Sequence record: NC_070998.1
Direction: 5' to 3' (one strand)
Length of the DNA stretch: 64,000 nt
The notes beneath the pieces are model-generated. The model worked only from the letters and a program-made list of their open reading frames with translations, made no database searches and had not been told where the DNA came from. Shown in pieces: positions 40,046 to 50,897 of the stretch. Each line of letters opens with the position of its first letter. Position 1 is the stretch's first letter. Both the position numbers and the translations under genes were made by a program.

Positions 40046-40201
40046 CACCCTTAACTGATTCTAGCCCAACCTCCTTAATTGGGGGTTGGGTTAGTCTTTA
40101 CATTTGTTATTTTATCTTTTCACCACGATCGCAATTTAGTAGCCAACTAAACATTTAATCTCCCATCATTTGTTTTTCATATTTCTGTTGAGGGAACAGT
40201 T

Positions 40202-42268
40202 ATGTCAGAATCCAATCCGTTTCTCTCAGAAACGTACGAATCAGATCGTAATATAATTAAACACTCTATTGATCAGTATTCGGAATTGATTAGTAGAGTA
40301 CAAGGTGAAGATAAAGAAGTTGTAAAGGCTAATTTACTAACCTATTTCAAAGCCAACAAAGAACAATATAAGTCTAAACGGGCTAAAGTTATTATTAAGA
40401 ATAAAGTTGGCGATAGAGAAGTAAAGATTATCCCATTCTCGTCTGTATTAAAGCATGTGCAAGATAAAAACTATCACTTCTCACCAAGTATGATAGCTTA
40501 CACCAATTCCGATGAAGAAGAATGTGTAAACTCAATCGGCACTCGGCTGTTTATTGCTAACCGTAAGTACTACAAGAACTTGCGTCAAGACGCCAAAGCT
40601 GTTAACGATAAAGATCTTTATGGTAAATACCATGAACTTCAAAATGCTTTTAAGATATTCAACAACGCTCAATCTGGTGCTATGTCTTCTGGCGGGACTT
40701 GTCTCACCAATCAGACAGCACACACTTCACTTACATCAACAACGAGATGTCTGACCTCTACAGCTAACCTTACCAACGAACAGTTCATCGCCGGTAATCG
40801 TTTCTACCATAACCCTGATGCTACCTTGCAGTCTATGATAGCTAGAATCCAAGTTACAGATTTCAAGTTACTTGAACAAGTGATGGAGGGCTATAAACTT
40901 CACTATCCTTCATCTGAAGATTTAATGAAACGTGTTAAATACTGCTCTAGTAGATATTGGGATTCTGAACCGCAGATGAAACTGATAGAGTCATTTGTAG
41001 ATAAAATGAACCCTATTGAAAAGGCATCTATACTTTATACTCTAGACTTGTTTTCTTTGTTTAATCATAATAGAGAGTTTATCAAAACCTTCTTTGATAA
41101 ATGGTGTCATATACCAGAAGTTGATGAGACAAAACTACTCAAACCCGATAATGGCGATAGATATGTTCTCTGTGTCTCTAAGTTACCAAGAGAACATAGT
41201 AAAGAGCAACTACAAGGACTCAATCATTATCACGTTCAAGTAGAAAAAGAATATGCTGATTTTATCAAAGTGTTCTTTAAATCTCCTATTCCTCCAACAG
41301 GATTATTCAATGTAATTAACGCTGTAAGGGACTGTGTACTCACTAGTGACACGGACTCGAGCATCATGAGCCTAGATGAGATGATTGATGCTTACGCTAG
41401 TGACGAAGCAAGCAAAATAAAACTCAACGGTGTTATTACATATTTTGTTAGAATGATCTCGTTAGACCAACATAGACAACTTTCGTCCAATATGAACGTG
41501 GCTAAGAAGAATCTTACACTTCTCGAGATGAAAAACGAATTCTACTTCTCTAGTTATGTTACAACTGATATGTCTAAACATTACTATGCTTATCAGGACA
41601 TGGTAGAAGGAGTGGTTAACGAAGAAGTCGATATTGAGGTCAAGGGCGTCCAACTTAAGTCTTCTAAGATAGCAGCTGTTATTAAAGAAAAGGCCCAGGA
41701 ATTGATGATAGCTACCTTGGACGCGATTAAGACAGGGGAATCTTTAGATGCTGCCGAGGTCCTACACGGTATTGGGGAACTGGAAAGAGGTATCGTTAGC
41801 GACATTCAAAATGGTGATTATAAATGGCTTAGTCGCGAAAGTATCAAACCCGCTGCCGCGTATTCTAACCCAGATTCTGAAAAATACTTTTATCACTCTC
41901 TTTGGGAAGAAGTATTCTCAGAGAAATATGGTCCTGCACCTGAACTTCCTTACACTGGAATCAAGATGTCTGTTGATCTTACTTCTAAATCAAAGCTTAA
42001 TGCTTATTTGGAAAAGATCGAAGACATTTCTATTCGTGAGAAGTTTAAGGTATTCCTAGAAAGTAAAGGTAAAGATAAGTTGACTAACCTTTATCTTCCT
42101 ATGGAACGCGCCCAGAACTTGAAAGATATTCCGCTAGAACTCAAACAAGCCATTGACTACAGAACCTTGTTAAAACAAAACCTCAAGAGTGTTTACACTG
42201 TACTCCATTCTACAGGTTTGTACATGATGAATGACAGTATTACCCGTTTAGTATCAGACGAACATTGA
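40202..42268 (+). CDS. Family B DNA polymerase catalytic part (phiKZ gp50-like)
   Basis: KIFNNAQSG region B, SDTDS region C, KHYY and VKGV motifs; no exonuclease domain, consistent with the split polymerase. Confidence 0.9.
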   Translation: MSESNPFLSETYESDRNIIKHSIDQYSELISRVQGEDKEVVKANLLTYFKANKEQYKSKRAKVIIKNKVGDREVKIIPFSSVLKHVQDKNYHFSPSMIAYTNSDEEECVNSIGTRLFIANRKYYKNLRQDAKAVNDKDLYGKYHELQNAFKIFNNAQSGAMSSGGTCLTNQTAHTSLTSTTRCLTSTANLTNEQFIAGNRFYHNPDATLQSMIARIQVTDFKLLEQVMEGYKLHYPSSEDLMKRVKYCSSRYWDSEPQMKLIESFVDKMNPIEKASILYTLDLFSLFNHNREFIKTFFDKWCHIPEVDETKLLKPDNGDRYVLCVSKLPREHSKEQLQGLNHYHVQVEKEYADFIKVFFKSPIPPTGLFNVINAVRDCVLTSDTDSSIMSLDEMIDAYASDEASKIKLNGVITYFVRMISLDQHRQLSSNMNVAKKNLTLLEMKNEFYFSSYVTTDMSKHYYAYQDMVEGVVNEEVDIEVKGVQLKSSKIAAVIKEKAQELMIATLDAIKTGESLDAAEVLHGIGELERGIVSDIQNGDYKWLSRESIKPAAAYSNPDSEKYFYHSLWEEVFSEKYGPAPELPYTGIKMSVDLTSKSKLNAYLEKIEDISIREKFKVFLESKGKDKLTNLYLPMERAQNLKDIPLELKQAIDYRTLLKQNLKSVYTVLHSTGLYMMNDSITRLVSDEH

Positions 42269-42325
42269 TCTTTACTCCTCTACTCCTTAATTGGGGTAGA
42301 GGAGGTTATTTTATCCCTCCTATTT

Positions 42326-42345
42326 ATTTTTCAAACCTATATTAC
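42326..42345 (+). promoter_or_regulatory. Early promoter of HNH gene
   Basis: TTTTTCAAACCTATATTAC downstream of terminator 42275..42304. Confidence 0.78.
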
Positions 42346-42374
42346 TATAGTGTATAAATAAAAAGAGGTTTGAA

Positions 42375-43406
42375 ATGAAAATTGATGAACGACTACTTGC
42401 TTATAAACCAATATCTGTTACTCTTAACTTTGATTGGGAAAAGACTACATTTGATCAAAGAGCTCAAATGAGGTGGGATTATATTCAGGAACAGAAAAAG
42501 AAAGATCCCAACTATGTTGGATATGATTTTCCTGAATGGTTTAGGAGTTCTCATGGCTCAAATGCCGACCGTAGTGGAAAATATTTCGTAGATAAAAATA
42601 AGTTAGTTAACACCATTGGTCAAATAGTAAAATTACAAGGTAAAGACGTTATTATTAGTTTTGGAAGTAAGAGAGATGATGGATATCTAGCGGTCAGGTT
42701 ATCGTGCAATGGCGGTCGCGGTAAAGCCAAAGTTCACCGAATAGTAGCATGTACTTTCATACCTATCCCTTTCAGACTAAGGGGGTGCAGCAAGAAAATA
42801 GTAGTTAATCATAAGAATGATATTAGGCATTGTAATTTTATCTCTAATCTCGAATGGTGTACTAACCAAGAGAATATCACAAAGGCATACGAAACAGGAG
42901 TAAGTAAGGTCACACCGTTTAAATGTGTCGTCGGTGAAATTAATGGAATAGAAGGAAATGTTTATTATTTCTCTAGGATTTCTGAGCTCAACGAGTTGAA
43001 ATTTAGCAACTGGAAAATATATAACTCAGTAAATACAGGAAGTATGTATTGTCACGCTAGGTGGTATCAAATAAGTAAAGAGGAGTTATCAGGTAAGAAG
43101 TTAGGGATACCGGAAGAAGATCTATTAAAAATAAGGGATACAAAAAACGGAAATTTTAAATCAAGATGTGCTGTCGGGACGATTGTTTCGGATGGGCCAT
43201 GCAAGGGAGAGATATTTTATATATTTGGTTCAGCAGAGTTACGTAAATACGGATTTGATGACAGTAGAGTCTCATCTGTAATATTAAATAAAAGAAAAAC
43301 ACATAGGGGTTGTACTTGGTATAGAATAAGTAGAAAAGAAAGTTTAGGTAAACCCATTGGTTTAACAGAAGCTCAAAAAGAACACATCTTTGGTAAGAAA
43401 GAATAA
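42375..43406 (+). mobile_element. Free-standing HNH endonuclease, same family as 14209/50898/56419
   Basis: QRAQMRWDYI N-terminal motif, VHRIVACTFI, VNHKNDIRHCNFISNLEW, two C-terminal repeats. Confidence 0.85.
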
Positions 43407-43424
43407 TCAATGTTATGTAACTTA

Positions 43425-43455
43425 ACCTCTACCTTCCAGATGGGAAGGTAGAGGT
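43425..43455. terminator. Bidirectional terminator
   Basis: ACCTCTACCTTCC-AGATG-GGAAGGTAGAGGT between convergent genes. Confidence 0.78.
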
Positions 43456-43462
43456 ATAATTA

Positions 43463-44542
43463 TCATCTTTCTTTTAAATCTAAATGAACATTGTAGAACT
43501 TGTTTCTCCAGTATGGATCTTTTATCTGATTAAGAATAAAAACAGGATTTAGTTTATAGAAAGTTCTTAATTGAGCTTCTATAATAGGATCCTGATATCC
43601 CATGTAATCCATATAAGAGAGATATGGTTTCACCCAATATAAAGCAGCTAAGGTATAAATCCAGCCTAACTGAATAAACATCTGGGATTTACCGCAGTTA
43701 ATGAAAGGACCTGAGTTAGAATAAAGAGTAGGATGGTATTCCATATACTCAGTAAAACTTCTCAGTCGATCAGACATCAATTTCTTTTTCTTCCACGTTA
43801 CATACCTACCTAAGTCCATGGAGTAGTCTGTAAACGCGAATGGTGGATCTTGAATAACTATTTTGTCACCAGCCGTATAATTTAACATTACTGTTTCATT
43901 ATGTACTGGATAATAATCCATCAGTACTAAATAGATGAAGTGCTGGGGTGTTAAACCTACATTAACATTACTGGCAACTCTATCAGTTAAGTAATAGTAA
44001 TAACTTAGCACTAGTCGATGGAGATCCACTTGTATAGCGGTGTAGAAATCTTCTTGACCCTTTCTAATCTCGCTGTCTAATAACTTAGACAAATCCCAGT
44101 ATTGAACATTACTAGTGGAGAATATGGTCGAAAGTATTGGTTGCTCAGATATTTTTTCACGAGAGAGATCATCTATTGTCAACCCGTACTCGTTATCAAA
44201 CGGAACGACAAAAAGAGTATGATGATTGCTTTCAGGAAATACTGTATCGAGGTGATCTTTACCTTTGTTATATAACGAGGTAAGGTTAACCAAGCTTGCG
44301 TATTGTCTACCTTTTAATTCCACCAAATTAAAAAGAGACTCTGATCCTGATACAATGTCAACCGAAAAGTGTTGAAGCAGTTGTACTAATGGATGTTGAC
44401 TAGGAACAACTCGATTACCTAGTTGGAAATACTTCCTATAGTTTTCTCTGTTTCTAGCTATAATACGTTGTAGGTTACCAAGACCTCCGTACTGTGGTAC
44501 CGAGTATTGTAACCCATTGCTCTTTAGTTTGAAATGAGACAT
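43463..44542 (-). CDS. Conserved core protein divergent from chimallin (phiKZ gp52-like)
   Basis: ~359 aa, VPSQHPLVQLL motif, syntenic position; ATG at 44542. Confidence 0.6.
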   Translation of the reverse strand: MSHFKLKSNGLQYSVPQYGGLGNLQRIIARNRENYRKYFQLGNRVVPSQHPLVQLLQHFSVDIVSGSESLFNLVELKGRQYASLVNLTSLYNKGKDHLDTVFPESNHHTLFVVPFDNEYGLTIDDLSREKISEQPILSTIFSTSNVQYWDLSKLLDSEIRKGQEDFYTAIQVDLHRLVLSYYYYLTDRVASNVNVGLTPQHFIYLVLMDYYPVHNETVMLNYTAGDKIVIQDPPFAFTDYSMDLGRYVTWKKKKLMSDRLRSFTEYMEYHPTLYSNSGPFINCGKSQMFIQLGWIYTLAALYWVKPYLSYMDYMGYQDPIIEAQLRTFYKLNPVFILNQIKDPYWRNKFYNVHLDLKER

Positions 44543-44694
44543 ATGGTAACTCAACTTAAAAAGATAAGTAATGTAGTATTATATGTACAAACATCTAGGT
44601 TCATCCTAGGTGTTAAAGCGGTAGCTGTACGTCGTATGGAAAATTCTGTCATACGATCAACGTAGGAATGACTAATTTGTGACAATTTTTATAG

Positions 44695-44732
44695 TTCTAT
44701 AATTTTTCAAACCTATATTACCTAAGTGATAA
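44695..44732 (+). promoter_or_regulatory. Early promoter of chimallin operon
   Basis: TTCTATAATTTTTCAAACCTATATTAC; 29 nt identical to 52816..52844. Confidence 0.8.
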
Positions 44733-44808
44733 GTAAGAGAAGTATTTTCAATTACTTTATTAACCCGCCACTAGTGATTTAAATAACTTTTAGCTAAAGG
44801 AAATTATC

Positions 44809-46710
44809 ATGCAAGTTAACAACAACGAAAACAACGCTATGAACACTACCCTGGGTCTGGGTACTTCTTCTAACGGTTCTGGTTCTCCTCTGGCTGCGCT
44901 GTTTGGTAGCACCAACCTGATCACCTCCTCCCACTCCGCAACCGAAGTTGCTGATGTGATCAAGTACCTGCAAGAGAAAGTTAAAGAGCTGCTGGCCAAC
45001 ACCGCCCCTGAAATCCAGAAAGCAACTCTGCCGCGTTTCATAGAACGGCCGACCTCTGACATCACCCCGCATCTGCCCGCCATCGCAATGTACACCGTAC
45101 TGGGTACTAGCTGCTACGTTATGCCGATCCTGTTCTACAAAGCGGGTTTCACCGATGCCACCGATACCATCCAAATGGGTAACGAAGCTCCGCGTGGTTA
45201 TGCTAAAACTCCGACTTCCTTCATGACCAATGATGTAATGAAGAAGGTTAAGGAAAGCTTCAAATTGATCGACGGTAAAACCATGACCAACGTAGTGATT
45301 ACCGCACCGATGGTAATGAACCTGGAGCGTTATATCAAAGCTGGTATTACCGGCGAAGATATGGCCGCTAAAGTTGGTCACAAACTGCTCAAAGAGTGGC
45401 AGACCGGTATTACCAACATGGCTGCTCTGGAAACTCAGAAAGCTGGTGGTCAACTGCCCAACCCGTTTGCCGGTGGTAAACTGTTTGGTCAGCATGAAGC
45501 TGCTCTGGCTCGTGTTGAGTCTGTTCATCAACTGGTTGTTGATGGTCTGCCTGTTCCGTATAACCTGGCTGTTAAGCTGGCAACTGCCAACAAGAACAAC
45601 ATGACCAACTACGGTAACAACACCGCCAAGACCATCCTGACAACTTACCTGAACGTCCAACTGGAAACCATGTCTCCTGGTCAGTTCAACGATGTTCGTG
45701 CTCGTAACCCCGGTCGTCCTTGCGGTCCGATCGTTCCGGTTGTTGTAGCTGGCATGTCCAACCCTGGTGAAACCCTGCATCACAACAACTCCCTGATGAC
45801 CCAACTGCTCGGTCTGTTCGCAAGTCTGGCAGCTAACGCACCGGTGTTCTTCTCCGAAGCGTTCCGTGGTCAACAGGTTGGTAACCGTGGTAACCTGGGC
45901 GTGTTCAACAACTACATGGCTTCTATTCTGGGTCCTGTGTACGGTGCTGATCACAACCTCACCAACAAGAACATCACCAACATCGCAGTAACCAATGACT
46001 GGATCCAGCGTTATGTTGCTCCCCAAGCAGTATACGCAATCGATCTGATCGGTTATGTAGATGAAACCAGTAACAACGACTTCTGGTTCGGTATCACTTC
46101 TGGTGACAAGTCCTCTACCTACGTTCGTTCCATGATCTCCCTGTGTGATCTGCTGACCGGCGGTAAGTTCTCTGCTCTGGCTAAAGAGAACACTGAGAAA
46201 GGTGCAAACCGTGACAAGTCCAAAGAGTGGGCGTTTGGTGATGCTATCATGCATCGTACCAACATCATCCGTCCTTACGGTATCGCCAAGAAAGGTAATG
46301 CTTGGTTTGATCTGGGTGAAGTCGATGGTATGTTCCTGCGTCAGCCCGAGTACTACGGTACCAATGAAGTAGCAATTAATGAGTACAACGCCCTGCTGCA
46401 AGGTAGCATGGGTAACATTGATACTCGTATCCGTCAGTACAACATCCTGAACCGTCTGCAGGCGATGTTCAACAACGATGTGATCGTTGAAGGTTGGAGC
46501 CTGCGTTATGTATTTAACCAATCCTTCTTCAACACCCTGGCTCAAGCAATGTCTGCTGCTGGTACTCTGTCCGTATCCGGTAACAACGCTGCCGCTAACT
46601 GGACCATGCACGTTCAGAACGAAATCCTGAACATGACCATGGGTGCTAGCCTGTCTAACGCTCCGGTCACTCAGAACGTAATGAACAACGTGATGTACAC
46701 CCAGTTCTAA
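44809..46710 (+). CDS. chmA: Chimallin, phage nucleus shell protein
   Basis: 633 aa, strongest codon bias in the window, early promoter, directly upstream of nvRNAP beta-prime as in Chimalliviridae. Confidence 0.85.
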   Translation: MQVNNNENNAMNTTLGLGTSSNGSGSPLAALFGSTNLITSSHSATEVADVIKYLQEKVKELLANTAPEIQKATLPRFIERPTSDITPHLPAIAMYTVLGTSCYVMPILFYKAGFTDATDTIQMGNEAPRGYAKTPTSFMTNDVMKKVKESFKLIDGKTMTNVVITAPMVMNLERYIKAGITGEDMAAKVGHKLLKEWQTGITNMAALETQKAGGQLPNPFAGGKLFGQHEAALARVESVHQLVVDGLPVPYNLAVKLATANKNNMTNYGNNTAKTILTTYLNVQLETMSPGQFNDVRARNPGRPCGPIVPVVVAGMSNPGETLHHNNSLMTQLLGLFASLAANAPVFFSEAFRGQQVGNRGNLGVFNNYMASILGPVYGADHNLTNKNITNIAVTNDWIQRYVAPQAVYAIDLIGYVDETSNNDFWFGITSGDKSSTYVRSMISLCDLLTGGKFSALAKENTEKGANRDKSKEWAFGDAIMHRTNIIRPYGIAKKGNAWFDLGEVDGMFLRQPEYYGTNEVAINEYNALLQGSMGNIDTRIRQYNILNRLQAMFNNDVIVEGWSLRYVFNQSFFNTLAQAMSAAGTLSVSGNNAAANWTMHVQNEILNMTMGASLSNAPVTQNVMNNVMYTQF

Positions 46711-46796
46711 TAGAGCTGATAAACGTTAAGATGTAACTACTAGAGAGGAGGGTAATTCCTCCTCTCTAGTTTATTACCTGGAGGTAATTTTTTCGT

Positions 46797-48191
46797 ATGT
46801 CAACTTTAGCGAATGTACTTGAGCAGTATCAAATACAACATCTTCTTCCAACCACTCTATTTGATAAAATTATTGAAGAGTCAGGTTATACACCAGAAGG
46901 TGATGACGAAAGCTTTTACCAGCCTCTTTATCCAGACATTGAAGATTTTAATTATCGGCATGATACTACTACAGTTCATCCGATCTATCTGAATGATTTC
47001 GATTTTAATATAGAAGAAGATCGAGAAAAGATTACTGCTCTACTACGTACCGAATATGAAGGAAACAATTTCGATACAGTCGCGAGCTGCACTTGTAAGA
47101 AACATCGGACTAATGCGTACCTTGGTACAAGTTTCGTTTGTGACAGTTGTGGAGATCCTGTCACTAAACCACTTGGCGAGAAAATCGAAACCAAAGTCTG
47201 GCTTCGCACTCCTGCTAATGTGTCAGGTTTTATTAATCCTACTATTGCGGAAGTGTTCTTTCGTAAACTTAACACCAAAACTCCTAAGGTAAATTTGATG
47301 GAGTATTGGATTAACAAAGAGTTTAGAAATGAAAAGCGTTTTAGAGACCCAAGTCATAGTGCGTTTAAAATAGCTTGTAAACTAGAAGCTTTCCGTTTGT
47401 CGCTCAATATCGAATTTGGATATAACGAGTTCGTTGACAATATGGATTTGATTATCAGATCAGCTATTGAACACGACACTAATGGTGTTCTGGATCTTAC
47501 TGAAAAGAACCGTGAACATTATGCGATGTTCTGGGAAAAATTCAAATCAAGAGCTGTAGCTCAACATCTCCCTTTGCCTAACAAGGTAACCTCTATTGTC
47601 GAGTCTGACCAACGAGATAAATATGTTAATAAGGAGAAGAGTGATCTTGAAAAGATCTTTTACACCATTGCTGATATGTATCCAGCTTATGACTATCGTT
47701 CTACTGAGAACGCAGAGATCATGGGGAAGATCTTTACTAAACTCAAAAACATGATGTTGGATGTAACTGAATCTATCCTCTTCAAGAAGAAAGGGATGAT
47801 TCGATATCACGCTGGTGCTGGTAAGCTACCAATGACTGGTCGTTCTATTATCACAGGTGAATCTGGTGTTTGTCGCTCAGACACTATCATCGTTCCCTGG
47901 TTGTACGGAATAACTTGTTTGGATAAACACCTAACTAACTGGCTGTATCGGAAAGGTTATACCCCGCTGAAAGTAAAGGAGATTATACGTTCTGCTGCTA
48001 ACTTTAAACATCCTGTTGTAGAGGAGTTCTTTAACTGGGTAGAAAGTAATCGATACGCCATTGCAACGTGCGGTCGAAATCCTTCTATTCAGTATTTGTC
48101 AGCACGTGGTTTCTTTGTACAGTTTAACCGCGATGTAGAAGATAAATCCATCCGGATTCCGATCACTACAGTTAAGGAATTTAATGCCGAT
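46797..48191 (+). CDS. nvRNAP beta-prime N-terminal subunit (phiKZ gp55-like), exon 1
   Basis: CTC/CDSC zinc finger, RNPS motif; ends FNAD at GAT, a U-ending 5' splice site. Confidence 0.9.
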
Positions 48192-48665
48192 CGAAATGTA
48201 TTTAGCATACATGTGGGAAAATAACTTAAACTATTTTCTCCAGTTAAATACACTCAGTCCCCCTAGGGTGAAAGTCCTAGTGAGGTACCTTTTGAATTGC
48301 TGGAAAGTCCACAAAAGTTACTTACCTAAGCTTAATTAGAAATGATTAAGTTAGTGGTGTCGAAAGACAGAAACAACAAGTAACCTGTCCTACGCTAAGA
48401 AATAATGCTAAGGGATACTAACAAGGGATAATCAGCCTCCGAGGATCTAAGTATATTCGTGATGAATAGATAGGATTCAGGTTCAACGACTGTCCCGTGG
48501 CTGGGAGTAGGGAAATCAGATTTCCTGAAGTATTAGGCACCTAACCGTGTAAAGACGTAGGTGATGGTATAGTCTGCTCCTCTAGTAATGTAGAGGCGGG
48601 TGTCTTAGCGCACCGGTGTTATTATGATAGCCAAAATGGCGAACGGTAATAACACGGACATAAGG
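48192..48665 (+). mobile_element. Group I intron 1 (474 nt, no ORF)
   Basis: P AATTGCTGGAAA, Q ATAATCAGC, R GTTCAACGACTG, S GTATAGTC; P3 GGTACCT/AGGCACC; terminal G at 48665. Confidence 0.88.
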
Positions 48666-48674
48666 TTCGACGGT
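48666..48674 (+). CDS. nvRNAP beta-prime exon 2 (9-nt micro-exon, Phe-Asp-Gly)
   Basis: TTCGACGGT is preceded by G and ends in T; joining exons restores NADFDGD. Confidence 0.85.
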
Positions 48675-49826
48675 AAACTTTTGCTGTCATTAAACCCTTT
48701 CAATTGCTGGAAACCCCTTAGAGCTTAATCAACTAAAGCGGAATTGGAAACAATAAACGTAAATGTTTGAAAATGATTAAGATTGGGCAATCAGCAGCGA
48801 AGCTTCTAAATACATTTGAGATGAATGGATACGAAGAACGTTCAACGACTACGTTCCCAGAAGCCTGGGATGATGAGGGCGCTTTAAAGCGAAGATATAG
48901 TCTCTACCGGTATGAAAGTATCGGATGGAAATCCCTGACCGGAATTCCACGTGATCTAGCGAATCACGAAGAGTCCTAAAAAGACGGAGAACAATAATGT
49001 TGTTAATACCTGAATCCGATGGGTTCTTTGTTACTGAAACTGGTCGAGTATACGACAAAGACGGCAAAGAACGAAATTACTACACCAACGGAGACGGGTA
49101 TATTACCGCCTCGATCTCTATTGGTGGTAAGTGGCAAACATTTGGGGTACAGCGGTTGGTCATGTTAGCCTATGAACCGATTGATAATCCAGATGACTAC
49201 ACGGTCAATCATATTGACCTTGATAAAACCAATAACAACAAACCAAATTTAGAATGGCTGACAACAAAGTGGAACAATATCCATTCTGCTATTTTTAACA
49301 GTAAAGGTAAACGCCCTGTTGTCAGATGTTTGAATGGTGATGAAGAAATGTTCATCAAAGATGTGATGACGCTTCCCACAATTCTTGGTGTCGATATCCA
49401 GCAAATATGGTTTGCAATTAAGAACTCAACCCAGATAAATGGATGGTCCATTTCACCGATCCCTTATGACGATAAAGAAATTATCCGATTATTGAACAGT
49501 TCCATTGGAACTGTTGATGGACCAGTGAGACCAGTTAGATGTTTAGACATCGAAACTGGAATTTGGAAAAATTACAAGAGTATGAAAGAAATGGCTAATG
49601 AATTTGGTGTTGGTATAACACACATCAGACATCGCTTAGCTACCTTTGAACGTCCTCGTATATTTCTCCAACGTTACATTATTCTGGATGATGGAGTTTC
49701 AGATGAGTTCATCACCCCAGAACTAATCGCCATGTTAAAGATGACTTGGACGAAGAAAAGAAAGCGTTGGTCAGAACGCTGTAATTAGGACTCGATAAAA
49801 ACCACTTATGTGGAACAATGTGATAG
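48675..49826 (+). mobile_element. Group I intron 2 (1152 nt) carrying an HNH gene
   Basis: P1 GACGGT/GCTGTC with U-G; P AATTGCTGGAAA, Q AATCAGCAG, R GTTCAACGACTA, S AAGATATAGTC; terminal G at 49826. Confidence 0.9.
48997..49788 (+). CDS. Intron-encoded HNH homing endonuclease
   Basis: GDGY, VQRLV and VNHIDLDKTNNNKPNLEW motifs; GGAG SD; lies 3' of the catalytic core. Confidence 0.88.
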   Translation: MLLIPESDGFFVTETGRVYDKDGKERNYYTNGDGYITASISIGGKWQTFGVQRLVMLAYEPIDNPDDYTVNHIDLDKTNNNKPNLEWLTTKWNNIHSAIFNSKGKRPVVRCLNGDEEMFIKDVMTLPTILGVDIQQIWFAIKNSTQINGWSISPIPYDDKEIIRLLNSSIGTVDGPVRPVRCLDIETGIWKNYKSMKEMANEFGVGITHIRHRLATFERPRIFLQRYIILDDGVSDEFITPELIAMLKMTWTKKRKRWSERCN

Positions 49827-50012
49827 GATAACATGTATCTATTCTTTATCCCCGATATGGTGGGTAAAGTAAATGCGTATAGTAACTGGGGGCACCATCA
49901 AATGGTCGATCCAAACAAGCCGTTTAAAACAAGTAGATTTGTTGCAGCGACACGAACTAATCTCTTAAACATAAATAGCGTACTTCTTAATACACCGATT
50001 GAGGAGGACTAA
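49827..50012 (+). CDS. nvRNAP beta-prime exon 3
   Basis: DNMYLFFIPD...EED*, 61 aa; spliced protein is 529 aa. Confidence 0.85.
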   Translation, partial: DNMYLFFIPDMVGKVNAYSNWGHHQMVDPNKPFKTSRFVAATRTNLLNINSVLLNTPIEED

Positions 50013-50013
50013 T

Positions 50014-50664
50014 TTGAACGTAACATCAGCTTTCAATAGAGGTTGTGGTGGAAGCTTGAGTAGTGAAGCTGCCCAAGTCTACGATAGCTTCATGGGAAAT
50101 ATGTTGCAGAAATACGAAAACTTAACTGGATGGTTGAGCGAAACTGTAGATTCTGTAAAGAAAGCTCATAGCAACTTCATGTCTTCTAAAATGTGGGAGT
50201 TCTCTAACCGTATTGGTAGAACAGGACACTACGTAGGAAGATTCGAAATCGGTTATCTGTCAGAAGTTCATTTCCAACAACAAGCCACTGGGTTTATGCG
50301 TAATTACATTATGGCTAATCCTAACATGATGGCGTTGTATGAAACTGAACAAGTTTCTGGATATGGTGGAGATTTCTCTGACTTGTGTTCTGGTATTGGT
50401 CATGGTAACTATTACTATGATAAAGCGATGGACGGATTAGTTACTCAAAATGAGAGTGATCAATACTTCTATCGTACTTACCACAATTCAATGGACGAAG
50501 GTACACATCTGAGTCCTAGAGAACGTTTCGATATTCAACGTACCTGGCGTGCAACCGACCACCATATTAAGAACTTGTTTGACTCGTCTAACATTGCGGG
50601 TGGAAACATTCTTACTTTGGAAGAAGTTGAAGAACGTCGTAAAGCAGAAGAAGACAAAGAGTAA
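50014..50664 (+). CDS. Conserved Chimalliviridae core protein (probably phiKZ gp59-like)
   Basis: TTG at 50014 after GAGGAG; FMRNYIMANP, GY and YDKAMDG motifs; synteny. Confidence 0.6.
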   Translation: MNVTSAFNRGCGGSLSSEAAQVYDSFMGNMLQKYENLTGWLSETVDSVKKAHSNFMSSKMWEFSNRIGRTGHYVGRFEIGYLSEVHFQQQATGFMRNYIMANPNMMALYETEQVSGYGGDFSDLCSGIGHGNYYYDKAMDGLVTQNESDQYFYRTYHNSMDEGTHLSPRERFDIQRTWRATDHHIKNLFDSSNIAGGNILTLEEVEERRKAEEDKE

Positions 50665-50737
50665 TTAAACTGAACTACCTGAGGAGTTATCCTTGGGTAG
50701 TTCTTTTAACTGCTTTAAAAATTAAGGAAATAGACAA

Positions 50738-50860
50738 ATGAAGCAAGTTCACGAAGATGATATTTGTGTTGTAACACGATCTGAAGTTGATGTTAATCGT
50801 TACTATGGAAGTGGACGTCGTAGTAAACTACCTCTGCCGATGCTTAGCGTAAAGGTTTAA
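50738..50860 (+). pseudogene. Truncated 5' copy (40 aa) of the Tad1-like gene at 51975
   Basis: MKQVHEDDICVVTRSEVDVNRYYG versus MKEVHKDNICVVTRSEVDVNRYYG; same AAGGAAATAGACAA leader. Confidence 0.88.
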
Positions 50861-50897
50861 AATCAGTTATTTAGTTAACAATATTAGAGAGTTAAAT

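Noticed and set aside
44794-46611. 605-aa minus-strand ORF
   Set aside because: Mirror frame of the strongly biased chimallin gene
48192-48224. RNVFSIHVGK* end of the track ORF 46797..48224
   Set aside because: Intron 1 read-through; the true protein continues after splicing
48767-49067. Short ORFs 48767..48979 (+) and 48849..49067 (-)
   Set aside because: They overlap the intron 2 catalytic core
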